Source: an uncultured delta proteobacterium
GTDB lineage: Bacteria > Desulfobacterota > DSM-4660 > Desulfatiglandales > HGW-15
Assembly (NCBI GenBank): GCA_963776085.1
Contig: CAVZMS010000062.1
Span: 1-54,996, forward strand
Direction of reading: 5' to 3'
DNA length: 54,996 nt
Shown here: piece after piece, positions 30,200-38,723 of the stretch
Layout: each line of letters begins with the position of its first letter
How positions within the stretch are numbered: the stretch's first letter is position 1
Notes under the pieces: model-generated
Databases searched by the model: none
What the model saw: the letters and a program-made list of their open reading frames with translations, nothing else
Told to the model about the DNA's origin: nothing
Made by a program: the position numbers and the translations under genes

Positions 30200-30262
30200 G
30201 TATAACTTGTTACTGCACGAGACGGCGCGACAGCCGCGCCGGTTGTGAGTATGGCGTTAGGC
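30200..30262 (+). other. attC site
   Basis: GTATAAC...ACTGCAC...GTGAGT-ATGGC-GTTAGGC. Confidence 0.85.
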
Positions 30263-30281
30263 AGAAATAGGAGGTGAAAAC

Positions 30282-30611
30282 ATGGAAGATCAAAGACACT
30301 CAGGGTTTGGAATCGCATCGTTCATTACAAGTATCGTTTCAGGAATTCTGATCTTTCTGGTTATAATTACTGCCGGGGTAATACAGGTATCTACGCCGAG
30401 GGGGTTGAACGAACAATCCGCTACTGCGATGACGATTGGCATGTTTCTATTTGTATTCTTATTCGTGTCGCTTGTAGCACTTGGGCTCGGTATCGTAGGG
30501 CTCTTGCAGAAGGAGCGGAAGAAGATCTTCGCTATCCTTGGAACTGTGTTCTCAGCGGTAACGATAGTAGCAACGATTTCCATAATTTTCCTCGGGATTG
30601 CAATGAAATGA
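30282..30611 (+). CDS. Cassette: three-TM hypothetical membrane protein
   Basis: GGAGG RBS; HSGFGIASF and RKKIFAILG pattern. Confidence 0.75.
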   Translation: MEDQRHSGFGIASFITSIVSGILIFLVIITAGVIQVSTPRGLNEQSATAMTIGMFLFVFLFVSLVALGLGIVGLLQKERKKIFAILGTVFSAVTIVATISIIFLGIAMK

Positions 30612-30628
30612 CCTCAGGAGGGCATTAT

Positions 30629-30687
30629 GTCTAACATCGGTTTGCATAGGAACGCAAAACACCGTCCTGTGAGGTGCGACATTGACA
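30629..30687 (+). other. Degenerate attC site (R' ATTGACA)
   Basis: GTCTAACATCGGTTTGCATAGGAACGC...CCTGTGAGG, closely related to the attC sites at 16332 and 7516. Confidence 0.75.
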
Positions 30688-30700
30688 GGAGAAACGGATA

Positions 30701-31120
30701 ATGATCACGATAGGAATTTGCGGTGATGATTGTCTTTACTGCCCCCGATATATAGCCACAAAAAACGGAGGCAACAAAGAAATGGAGGAAGTCAAAGAAT
30801 TGTGGGTTCGTCTTGGATTGAGAGAACCAGCCTTTCCCGCCAAGGAGCTGGCTTGTTTCGGGTGCAGGCCAGAAAACAAATGCGCTTATTTGGAAGTCCG
30901 CACTTGTGCCTATGAAAAAGGAATTGAAAACTGTGGTCTTTGTCAGGTGTATCCGTGCGAATTGATAAATACGGTATTCGAGAAATCTGAAAAACTATCC
31001 TCTCTTGCGACCAGAATTTGTACATCTGAAGAAATAAACAAACTCCAGAAAGCGTTCTTTTCCAAACGCCAAAACCTCAATCAAATACATTTCGAGAAGC
31101 ATGAGGACGAAAGAAAATAG
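30701..31120 (+). CDS. Cassette: DUF3795 family Cys-rich protein
   Basis: CGDDCLYCP, CFGC, NCGLC..YPC. Confidence 0.85.
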   Translation: MITIGICGDDCLYCPRYIATKNGGNKEMEEVKELWVRLGLREPAFPAKELACFGCRPENKCAYLEVRTCAYEKGIENCGLCQVYPCELINTVFEKSEKLSSLATRICTSEEINKLQKAFFSKRQNLNQIHFEKHEDERK

Positions 31121-31121
31121 A

Positions 31122-31143
31122 CCGGCTGATTTCTACGTTAGCA
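31122..31143 (+). other. Half attC (L' and R' only)
   Basis: CCGGCTGA-TTTCTAC-GTTAGCA; GTTAGCA matches the next R'' TGCTAAC. Confidence 0.65.
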
Positions 31144-31179
31144 TCATGACCAAATCAAAATTACGCGAAGGATATATTT

Positions 31180-32073
31180 GTGACATATAATTTACATGAC
31201 TCTCAATTGTCGAAAAAACTCATACCTACAAAGGCGATGACAGATATGGGAGCCGTGGAATATGTGGAAATTGGCGACGGCCCGGTTGTCGTTGCTTTAC
31301 ATGGCGCAATGGGCGGCTGGGACCAAAGCCTGATTCTTGCCCAAACCATTGGCGATTCTGACTATCGCTATATAGCCATGACCCGTCCTGGATATCTCGG
31401 TACACCGATGAGTTCAGGAAAAAACTCTGAGCAGCAAGGTGACCTTATTGCATCATTATTGGACACGCTTAATGTCACCAAAGCAGGTGTAATGGCTGTC
31501 TCAGGAGGGGGACCTGCCGCAGTTCAGTTTGGCCTCCGACATCCTGCCAGATGCACAGGGCTCGTATTGATATCAACTTGTGCTGACAAGATTAATACCC
31601 CGATTCCTTTTTCTTTCAAAGTAATGAAGTATCTCGCTCGCTGGTCTTTTTTTGCCGATAGGTTCCGCAAAAAAGCCGAACAAGACTTGGAAGCCGTGGC
31701 CAAGCGCTCTATTCGAGACCCTGAAATTCTAGCTCGCACGGTCAATGACAATGACACATGGCCATTATTTACGACAATGTTACTCAGTACTTTCGACCGA
31801 ATGGGGCAGCGTATTGAGGGTACCGAAAACGACATTAAGATTAGCCATACCACGACGTATTCGTTAGAAAATTTGAACGTACCGGTCTTGGTTGTTCATG
31901 GGACTGAGGACCAACTAGTGCCATTTGAAACGAACGCGAAGATATACAAGACGCGTGTGCCAAATGCTGAACTTCTGTCGATTGAGGGTGGCGAGCATGT
32001 CGCTATTTTCACCCATCGTAATATGGTCAGACCGAAGGTAATTGAATTTATGCAGCATCATTTCAAGACATAG
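31180..32073 (+). CDS. Cassette: alpha/beta hydrolase
   Basis: LHGAMGG, RPGYLGT, VSGGG nucleophile elbow, HGTED, GGEH. Confidence 0.9.
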   Translation: MTYNLHDSQLSKKLIPTKAMTDMGAVEYVEIGDGPVVVALHGAMGGWDQSLILAQTIGDSDYRYIAMTRPGYLGTPMSSGKNSEQQGDLIASLLDTLNVTKAGVMAVSGGGPAAVQFGLRHPARCTGLVLISTCADKINTPIPFSFKVMKYLARWSFFADRFRKKAEQDLEAVAKRSIRDPEILARTVNDNDTWPLFTTMLLSTFDRMGQRIEGTENDIKISHTTTYSLENLNVPVLVVHGTEDQLVPFETNAKIYKTRVPNAELLSIEGGEHVAIFTHRNMVRPKVIEFMQHHFKT

Positions 32074-32104
32074 CTATTGAATGGGAACATATTGTAATTC
32101 CATA

Positions 32105-32165
32105 TGCTAACCAATCACTGGTGCGGACGCAAAAAAAGCCGCGCCGCACAGTTCAATCGTTATGT
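32105..32165 (+). other. attC site
   Basis: TGCTAAC...CTGGTGCGG/CCGCACAG...GTTATGT. Confidence 0.9.
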
Positions 32166-32209
32166 GTGAATATGGTAATCCGGAAGTTGAGCTTCAAAAA
32201 TATTACCCC

Positions 32210-32237
32210 TTGACATTGATACCAATATTGATACTAT
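32210..32237 (+). promoter_or_regulatory. Putative hicAB promoter
   Basis: TTGACA-N16-TACTAT with extended TG; repeated TGATAC motif. Confidence 0.55.
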
Positions 32238-32243
32238 TATACC

Positions 32244-32504
32244 ATGTCTAAAATCAATGAAATAATATCTGATATGAGTCGAAATCCAAAGGGAATCAGT
32301 TTCAGCGATTTATGCAAGGTTTGTGATCATTATTTTGGGAAACCGCGTCAAAGTGCCACCAGTCACAGGGTCTATAAAACGCCCTGGCAAGGAGATCCTC
32401 GAATAAATATCCAAAATTATAAAGGGAAGGCAAAGTCATATCAGGTGAAACAGGTGCTTTTGGCGCTTGAAAAATTGGAGGTAAATCATGGCATTAAAAA
32501 ATGA
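32244..32504 (+). CDS. hicA: HicA family toxin
   Basis: NPK..F.DL.KVC..YFG.PRQ..TSH.VYKTPWQGDPRINIQ. Confidence 0.85.
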   Translation: MSKINEIISDMSRNPKGISFSDLCKVCDHYFGKPRQSATSHRVYKTPWQGDPRINIQNYKGKAKSYQVKQVLLALEKLEVNHGIKK

Positions 32505-32817
32505 TCGATATACATACAGAGTAACATGGTCAGAGGATGATAAAGAATATGTGGGTTTATGTGCAGAATTTCCAAGCCTGAGTTGGTTATCTGCTACCCC
32601 GGAGGCGGCATTAAAAGGTATCCGAAAAATAGTAGCTGAAACCATTGCAGATATGGAATCAAACGATGAGATTATCCCCGAGCCAATTGCTTGTCGACAG
32701 TATAGCGGCAAGTTTATGGTTAGAGTTCCTCCAGATGTTCATCGTAATCTTGCCATTCGGGCAGCTGAATCCGGAATAAGCCTTAACCGGGTTGTTAGTT
32801 CAAAACTCAGCCAATAG
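32488..32817 (+). CDS. hicB: HicB family antitoxin
   Basis: YRVTWSEDD.EYVGLCAEFPSLSW, YSGKFMVRVPP.VHR. Confidence 0.9.
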   Translation: MALKNDRYTYRVTWSEDDKEYVGLCAEFPSLSWLSATPEAALKGIRKIVAETIADMESNDEIIPEPIACRQYSGKFMVRVPPDVHRNLAIRAAESGISLNRVVSSKLSQ

Positions 32818-32826
32818 ATCAAAACC

Positions 32827-32890
32827 TTATAACCATCTGCTGCACCTGATCGCTGAAAAAAATCGGCTCCAGGCAAACCGTGCGTTAAAC
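32827..32890 (+). other. attC site
   Basis: TTATAAC...CTGCACCTG...CAGG...GTTAAAC; related to the attC at 9262. Confidence 0.8.
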
Positions 32891-32909
32891 TTTTTCTCTA
32901 GGAGACATA

Positions 32910-33407
32910 ATGACACCCATCACGAAATCTAAGCAAATCCTCGGTCTCATCGGGTGGCTAATACTTACCTTTGTTGCGGCGGCCATTGGGGCTGTCGCGT
33001 CCGCTGAAGCCGGCCTCTTTTATCAGCAACTTACTCGCCCCGAATGGGCGCCGCCAGCATGGTTATTCGCCCCGGTCTGGGCTGTCCTGTACATCCTCAT
33101 CGGTATTGCTGCCTGGCTCGTTTGGCGAGTCCACAGCTTCCATGCTGCGCGCAGCGCCCTGTCCCTGTTTATCGTCCAACTGGCCGCAAACGCGCTTTGG
33201 ACGTGGATCTTTTTTACCTGGAGACAAGGTGCACTGTCGTTTGTTGAAATACTCGTCCTTTGGGCCCTTATTCTAGTCACGGTTGTTTTCTTTTGGCGTA
33301 CGCGACCGCTTGCAGGGATTTTACTGCTCCCTTACCTGGCGTGGGTGACTTTTGCGTCCGTACTCACATTCACAATATGGAAACTTAATCCTCTTCTCCT
33401 GGCCTGA
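32910..33407 (+). CDS. tspO: TspO/MBR family protein
   Basis: L.RP.WAPP.WLFAPVW..LY, NALWTWIFF, LLPYLAWV.FA. Confidence 0.92.
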   Translation: MTPITKSKQILGLIGWLILTFVAAAIGAVASAEAGLFYQQLTRPEWAPPAWLFAPVWAVLYILIGIAAWLVWRVHSFHAARSALSLFIVQLAANALWTWIFFTWRQGALSFVEILVLWALILVTVVFFWRTRPLAGILLLPYLAWVTFASVLTFTIWKLNPLLLA

Positions 33408-33418
33408 GACGGAAAATC

Positions 33419-33853
33419 ATGCGACTCTGGACGCTTCATCCAAAATATCTTGACCGTGCAGGTCTCGTCGCGCTTTGGCGGGAAGCCCTCCTGGCAAGCG
33501 CTGTGCTCAAAGGAGAGACCCGGGGCTACCGCCGTCATCCGCAGCTTTATCGTTTCAAATCCATCGATTCGCCGCTTTGTGCTATTAACGCATACCTCAG
33601 CGCCGTTCTCCTTGAAGCCGATTCGCGTGGATACTCTTTTAACCGCAATAAAGTGGGGCAGATTCACAGCCGCGTTCGGATAACCAGCACCGACGGCCAG
33701 CTGGCGTACGAATGGCAGCATCTACTGGGAAAATTGCAGACCCGGAATCCGGATATTTATCAAACACTGCTGAGTGTGGAGGCCATCGATCCGCATCCGT
33801 TATTCATTATCGAGCCCGGCCAAATAGAGCACTGGGAACGCCTTGGTTCTTAA
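33419..33853 (+). CDS. Pyrimidine dimer DNA glycosylase/endonuclease V-like protein
   Basis: MRLWTLHPKYLD..GLVALWREALLA..VL.G.TRGY..HPQL.RF. Confidence 0.85.
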   Translation: MRLWTLHPKYLDRAGLVALWREALLASAVLKGETRGYRRHPQLYRFKSIDSPLCAINAYLSAVLLEADSRGYSFNRNKVGQIHSRVRITSTDGQLAYEWQHLLGKLQTRNPDIYQTLLSVEAIDPHPLFIIEPGQIEHWERLGS

Positions 33854-33902
33854 GGGGGTTGCAGCGGGAATTAAGCGAGAGAGGGAACAACCTTATAATT
33901 AT

Positions 33903-35061
33903 ATGACCGCAAATACCAAAGCCAATATCAAAATACTCTTTGCCTTGACACTGGTTCATTTTACAGGCGATTTTTACAGCTCTTTCATAAGTCCGCTGTA
34001 TCCCCTCTTTATCCAGAAGATGGGGTTATCCCTTACTCAGATCGGGTTCATATCAGGGGTCAACCTCCTGTTGGCCTTTATCGTCCAGCCTTCTGTGGGA
34101 TACCTCGCCGATCGCTATGCCACACGCAATTTTATCCTGTCTGGGCGTACTTATGCCCGTGATATTTATCCCCCTTTCCGGTATTACTTCCGGATTCTGG
34201 GCCTTGCTTCTTGTTGTAGCCCTGGGGTCCATCGGCTCATCCATGTTTCATCCCTCGGTAACAGGCATGGTCCCGCTCTATTCCGGGAATAAGGCCGGAT
34301 TTGCGATGTCCATATTCAATACCGGAGGGACCCTGGCCTTCGGTGTAGGGCCGCTGTTCATTACCTGGTATGCCGAACGCTTCGGACTGAAAGCGCTGCC
34401 TTTAACCATAATCTTGGGGCTTGGCGTGGCCTGGTATCTGTACCTGATTGTGCCGGTTCCCCAAAGCGAAGGGCTGCGCCGGCTGGGTTTCCTGGGGTCT
34501 GTCCGGGAAAGCCTGGGCAGCGTCTGGAAGACAGTTATATGCATATGGCTGGTAATGGTATTAAGGGCGATCATCTCGCAAGCCTTCTCGACCTTTATAC
34601 CGGTCCTCTTTGTCCAGAAAGGCTATTCTGTCATGGCCGCGGGGGTAATAATATCCATCTTTACAGTGGCCGGTTCTATAAGCGGTCTTATTGCCGGTCA
34701 CTTGTCCGATCGCATAGGATATAAGCCTGTTTTTCTTTTTACCTATGGTCTCATGGCGCCTGCGCTTATAATATTTTTAAGACTCCAGGGCGACTGGGTC
34801 TATATCGGGGCCTTCATTGCCGGTGCCATGATATTAGCCACAATGCCCCTGGGCGTGGCCATGGCCCAGATCCTCGCGCCAAAGGGCAGATCAATGGTAG
34901 CAAGCCTTATGATGGGATTGGCCTTCGGTGTGGGCGGTGTTGTATCTCCTGTAGTGGGCAAACTGGCCGATATCTATTCCATACATAGTGTACTGGTCGG
35001 TGTATCTTTCTTGCCCCTGCTGGCGCTTCCGCTGATAGCATTTTTCCCTCGTGTAAGATAA
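33903..35061 (+). CDS. MFS transporter (Fsr-like; frameshifted)
   Basis: HFTGDFY, QPSVGYLADR, FHPS, GHLSDRIG. Confidence 0.85.
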
Positions 35062-35237
35062 CCTTGCGTGTCTTGTGATATCGTAAGCTCTTAATATGCC
35101 AATTCTCTATTTATTGGTGTAAAAATAACGTATTCAAGAAATGGCGCAAATTTAAAAATTATGTAATAATAACAAAAAAATTTGAAACCTAAACGCGCCC
35201 CTCATTCCACGACTAAATAATAAATAAGGATGATAAT

Positions 35238-36038
35238 ATGAAATTTAACGAACAAGTCGTACTGGGGAGGACCGGACTCAAGGTCGGCCGCCTGGGCGTA
35301 GCTTCAGGCTATGGCGCGCCGGCCATGGCCATTGAAGAGGCGTTTGAACGCGGCTGCAACTACCTTACATGGGGGACATTTATCAGAGGTTATTCGCCCC
35401 ATATGCGCGAAGCCCTCCGCAATATTATCGCCAAAGGCCGGCGCGACCGCCTGGTGCTTGCAATGTTCAGCTATGCCCATCAATCATTTCTGACCGAACA
35501 TTTTCTTTCAAAGGGTCTGAAGTCCGCGGGGCTGGATCATGCTGACGTCCTGATCTTAGGCTTTTCCCTCGGAATGCCTTCGAGGCGGATAATCGACGGC
35601 GCCATGAGACTCAGGGAAAAAGGCCTGGTGCGCTTCATAGGCCTTTCAGGTCATAACCGGAAGTTGTTCCCCCGGCTTCATAAAGATGGGATATTTGATG
35701 TCTTTCATATACGCTATAATGCCATGCACAGGGGCGCGGAGGCTGAGGCTTTCCCGTTCCTGACGGGACAAACAAGGCCCGGAGTTGTAAATTTCACAAG
35801 CACAGCCTGGGGCAAGCTCCTGAATCCCAAGAAGATGCCGCCCGGCGAAAAAGCACCCACAGCCTCCGAATGTTACCGCTTTGTCCTCTCTAATCCCGCA
35901 GTCGATGTGTGTATGACCGGCGCCAGAACTATTGACGAGATGAGGCAGAACCTGGCAGTTCTCGAACAAGGGCCCATGACGGATGAGGAGCTGGCCCGCA
36001 TGCGCCGTATAGGAGACCATATATACGGCCGGCGATAG
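35238..36038 (+). CDS. Aldo/keto reductase family protein
   Basis: LGRTGLKVGRLG, GLVRFIGLSGH, RYNAMH, RFVLSNPAV. Confidence 0.85.
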   Translation: MKFNEQVVLGRTGLKVGRLGVASGYGAPAMAIEEAFERGCNYLTWGTFIRGYSPHMREALRNIIAKGRRDRLVLAMFSYAHQSFLTEHFLSKGLKSAGLDHADVLILGFSLGMPSRRIIDGAMRLREKGLVRFIGLSGHNRKLFPRLHKDGIFDVFHIRYNAMHRGAEAEAFPFLTGQTRPGVVNFTSTAWGKLLNPKKMPPGEKAPTASECYRFVLSNPAVDVCMTGARTIDEMRQNLAVLEQGPMTDEELARMRRIGDHIYGRR

Positions 36039-36301
36039 TAATAGTAGCTTAGTCAGGTTGGAAAGCAGACAAAGTTTATTGAAAATATAAATGCGCATAA
36101 ACCTTTAAAACACATTTTAAAAAGGATAAAATACTCGGCAGCACAGTTTAACCATTAGTCAGGCCGGGAGAAAGTGCGATCTTTCATGTCTATGGAAAAG
36201 GCGGTTGAGTGGCTTGGAGTCATTTCCCCTGAAGAATGAGGGCAAGTTAGAAGAGATGAATCGGAAAGTAACATTAATAAGTCTTTTATAAAAGGAAATC
36301 A

Positions 36302-36592
36302 GTGACCATACAGACCCCGCCAAAGACTATTGAGGATGCCTTAAAACTTTTATTAAGCATCCTGGATAATGAAACCAAAGAGATGTTTGGAAGCAGGTCG
36401 GAAGAGGATATCAAACACTATCACTGCACTGCGGGGGTTCTGATAAGAAAACAGTTTAGACTTACCGACGGGAACGATGAACTTATAGAATCCTGTCGAA
36501 AATATTCGGGGCAATATGACCTGGATGGCAAAGGCGCGTCCATTGTTATTCTGGAAGCGTTATGGAAGAGCCTTAGGCATACGACGCATTGA
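36302..36592 (+). CDS. Hypothetical protein (DUF6794-like)
   Basis: PKTIEDA, H..G..IR..F.L..GN.EL, AS.VIL..LW pattern. Confidence 0.6.
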   Translation: MTIQTPPKTIEDALKLLLSILDNETKEMFGSRSEEDIKHYHCTAGVLIRKQFRLTDGNDELIESCRKYSGQYDLDGKGASIVILEALWKSLRHTTH

Positions 36593-36630
36593 AGGGTTGA
36601 TATAAAATATGCTGATCCCTTTCATATATG

Positions 36631-36700
36631 TCTTCGCCTCTAAAAAGAGATCTTATAAGACATACCTGAACTTAAATTTTTATGCAAAATCCTAAACCGG
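36631..36700 (-). repeat. Partial (left-arm) copy of the ~300 bp palindromic element
   Basis: TCTTCGCCTCTAAAAAGAGATC..GACATACCTG.ACTTAAA..TTATG is the reverse complement of about 41718-41787. Confidence 0.8.
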
Positions 36701-36764
36701 ACAGCTATTATGATAGACACACATTTAAACATTATCAATTTAATATATACTTGGAGGTAGGCAC

Positions 36765-37727
36765 ATGATTAAGGAAATCACCGCGCAGGGGCTTAATACG
36801 GAGCGTTTCATCAACGAGAAGGTCAAAGAGATCAAGGATATTGTCGGGGACGGAACGGCGATCAACGCCCTCTCAGGAGGAGTCGATTCTTCCACCGTCA
36901 CGATGCTCGGGCACCGTGCCCTGGGGAAGCGCCTTAAGACCCTATTCATCGACAACGGCATCATGCGCGAGGGCGAGGCTGAACAGGTTGTGGGTCTTTT
37001 CAGAAATCTCGGCGTCAAGGTTGAAGTAATCGACGCACGCAAGGAGTTCTTCTCGGCATTCAAGGGAATCACTGACCCGGAAGAGAAGCGTGAGGCCGTT
37101 ACCCAGACCTTTTACCGGGACGTGTTCGGACGGATGGTTAAGGAAAGCGGGGCTAAACACCTCCTTCAGGGGACTATCTTGACTGATGTCGATGAGACAG
37201 TCGCTGGCATCAAGCGACAGCACAATGTCTTTGAGCAGCTCGGAATAGACCCGGAGGAGACCTTCGGCTACCGTATTATCGAACCTCTTATCCAGCTTCG
37301 CAAGGATGGTGTCAGGAAGATAGGCAGGGCCCTCGGCCTTCCATCTGAGATTTTCGAACGCATACCGTTCCCCGGGCCGGCGCTCGCGGCGCGCGTGATA
37401 GGCGAGGTAACACCTGAGCGTATCGAAACGGTCCGTAAGGCAACCGCCGTTGTGGAGGAGTTGTTAAAAGACACCAGTGCATTTCAATATATGGCGATCC
37501 TTCATGAAGACCGTGTCACCGGCATGCGTGACGGCAAACGTGATTTTGGCCAGCAGATCGAGTTACGCTGTTGGGATAGCATTGATGCGCGTATCGCGAC
37601 ACCAACGCGACTCTCCTTTGAAATACTCGAAAAGATCGCCGGTGAGATTATCCGCAAAGTACCCGGCATTGTAAGCGTCACCTATAATATTGCCTCCAAG
37701 CCTCCCTCAACGATCGAGGCAGTCTGA
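36765..37727 (+). CDS. Stand-alone GMP synthase ATP-pyrophosphatase subunit-like protein (no glutaminase domain)
   Basis: ALSGGVDS PP-loop, TDPEEKR, QGT, PFPGPALA.R, KPPSTIE. Confidence 0.85.
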   Translation: MIKEITAQGLNTERFINEKVKEIKDIVGDGTAINALSGGVDSSTVTMLGHRALGKRLKTLFIDNGIMREGEAEQVVGLFRNLGVKVEVIDARKEFFSAFKGITDPEEKREAVTQTFYRDVFGRMVKESGAKHLLQGTILTDVDETVAGIKRQHNVFEQLGIDPEETFGYRIIEPLIQLRKDGVRKIGRALGLPSEIFERIPFPGPALAARVIGEVTPERIETVRKATAVVEELLKDTSAFQYMAILHEDRVTGMRDGKRDFGQQIELRCWDSIDARIATPTRLSFEILEKIAGEIIRKVPGIVSVTYNIASKPPSTIEAV

Positions 37728-37794
37728 TCTCTGTTGATAATTAAGGGTTAAGAATTCAAGGGGTCGAGGGGTCGAGTTGAAAATCGTTAAAAGA

Positions 37795-37884
37795 GAATGT
37801 TGAATATTGAACAAGGAATTTAGAATTTCGAATAGCAGAAAAAACTTCAAGATTGAATATTCCCTGTTCAACATTCAACATTTC
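37795..37884. repeat. Heptamer-built palindromic intergenic repeat
   Basis: AATGTTGAATATTGAACAAGGAAT / ATTCCCTGTTCAACATTCAACATT; sister copy at 50615-50706. Confidence 0.75.
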
Positions 37885-37931
37885 ATTTTTTTAAGGATAT
37901 GGGCGTTTAATCATAAATACAGAAAGGTAAA

Positions 37932-38699
37932 GTGATGGGTATTATAAAAATCATGCCGTGCCTTGATATGAAAGACGGCCGCGTAGTGAAGGGGATCCAT
38001 TTTGTCGATCTTAAAGATGCGGGCGACCCTGTTGAAAACGCTGCCTTTTATCAGCGTGAGGGCGCTGATGAACTGGCTATGCTGGATATAGCGGCAACAG
38101 TGGAAGACAGAAAGACGAGGCTTGAATGGGTTAAAAATGTCTCTTCGGTAATTGATATCCCTTTGACAATGGGCGGAGGTATTTCCACTTTAGAAGATAT
38201 CGAGATGGTTCTAAACGCCGGCGCAGACAAGATCTCCATGAACAGCGCCGCAGTTAAAGACCCTGAACTTGTAAAAAAGGCATCGGCGCAATTCGGTCCT
38301 GAAAAGATTACCGTGGCCATCGATGCGAGAAGGAACAAAAAAATGCCCTCCGGTTTTGAACTTGTGGTCTCCGGGGGCACAAAACCGGTTGGAAAAGACG
38401 CTGTTGCCTGGGCAACCCAATGCCAGGAACTTGGGGCAGGGGCAATCCTGCCGACAAGCATGGACGGAGACGGCACGCAGGCCGGTTATGATCTGGAATT
38501 TACCAGGGCCATCTCAGATGCCGTGGACTTGCCCGTTATTGCCTCGGGCGGGGCAGGAACCCTGGAGCATTTCTACGAGGGGGTTATTCAAGGAGGGGCA
38601 CAGATCCTATTAGCCGCTTCAGTTTTCCACTATCGCATCCTGAGTATCAGAGACGTAAAGGAATATCTAAGAGATAAAGGTCTGAAAGTTATATTGTGA
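37932..38699 (+). CDS. hisF: Imidazole glycerol phosphate synthase cyclase subunit (HisF family)
   Basis: IMPCLD..GRVVKG, GDPV, GADKISMNSAA, TSMDGDGT..GYD, IASGGAG, LAASVFH. Confidence 0.92.
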   Translation: MMGIIKIMPCLDMKDGRVVKGIHFVDLKDAGDPVENAAFYQREGADELAMLDIAATVEDRKTRLEWVKNVSSVIDIPLTMGGGISTLEDIEMVLNAGADKISMNSAAVKDPELVKKASAQFGPEKITVAIDARRNKKMPSGFELVVSGGTKPVGKDAVAWATQCQELGAGAILPTSMDGDGTQAGYDLEFTRAISDAVDLPVIASGGAGTLEHFYEGVIQGGAQILLAASVFHYRILSIRDVKEYLRDKGLKVIL

Positions 38700-38723
38700 T
38701 AAGAATAATTTTGGAGGTTTCAG

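Larger units (their letters stand above)
26506..33853 (+). mobile_element. Cassette array 2 without adjacent integrase (CALIN-like; 8 attC-delimited units plus a terminal gene pair)
   Basis: attC sites starting at 27453, 28573, 29465, 30200, 30629, 31122 (half site), 32105 and 32827. Confidence 0.9.

Noticed and set aside
5557-33853. CRISPR array
   Set aside because: Repeats are variable attC hairpins separated by whole genes; no constant repeat-spacer period and no cas genes
36060-36239. Remnant ORF ending FMSMEKAVEWLG (SpoIIAA-like tail)
   Set aside because: Too short and interrupted by stops to support a call
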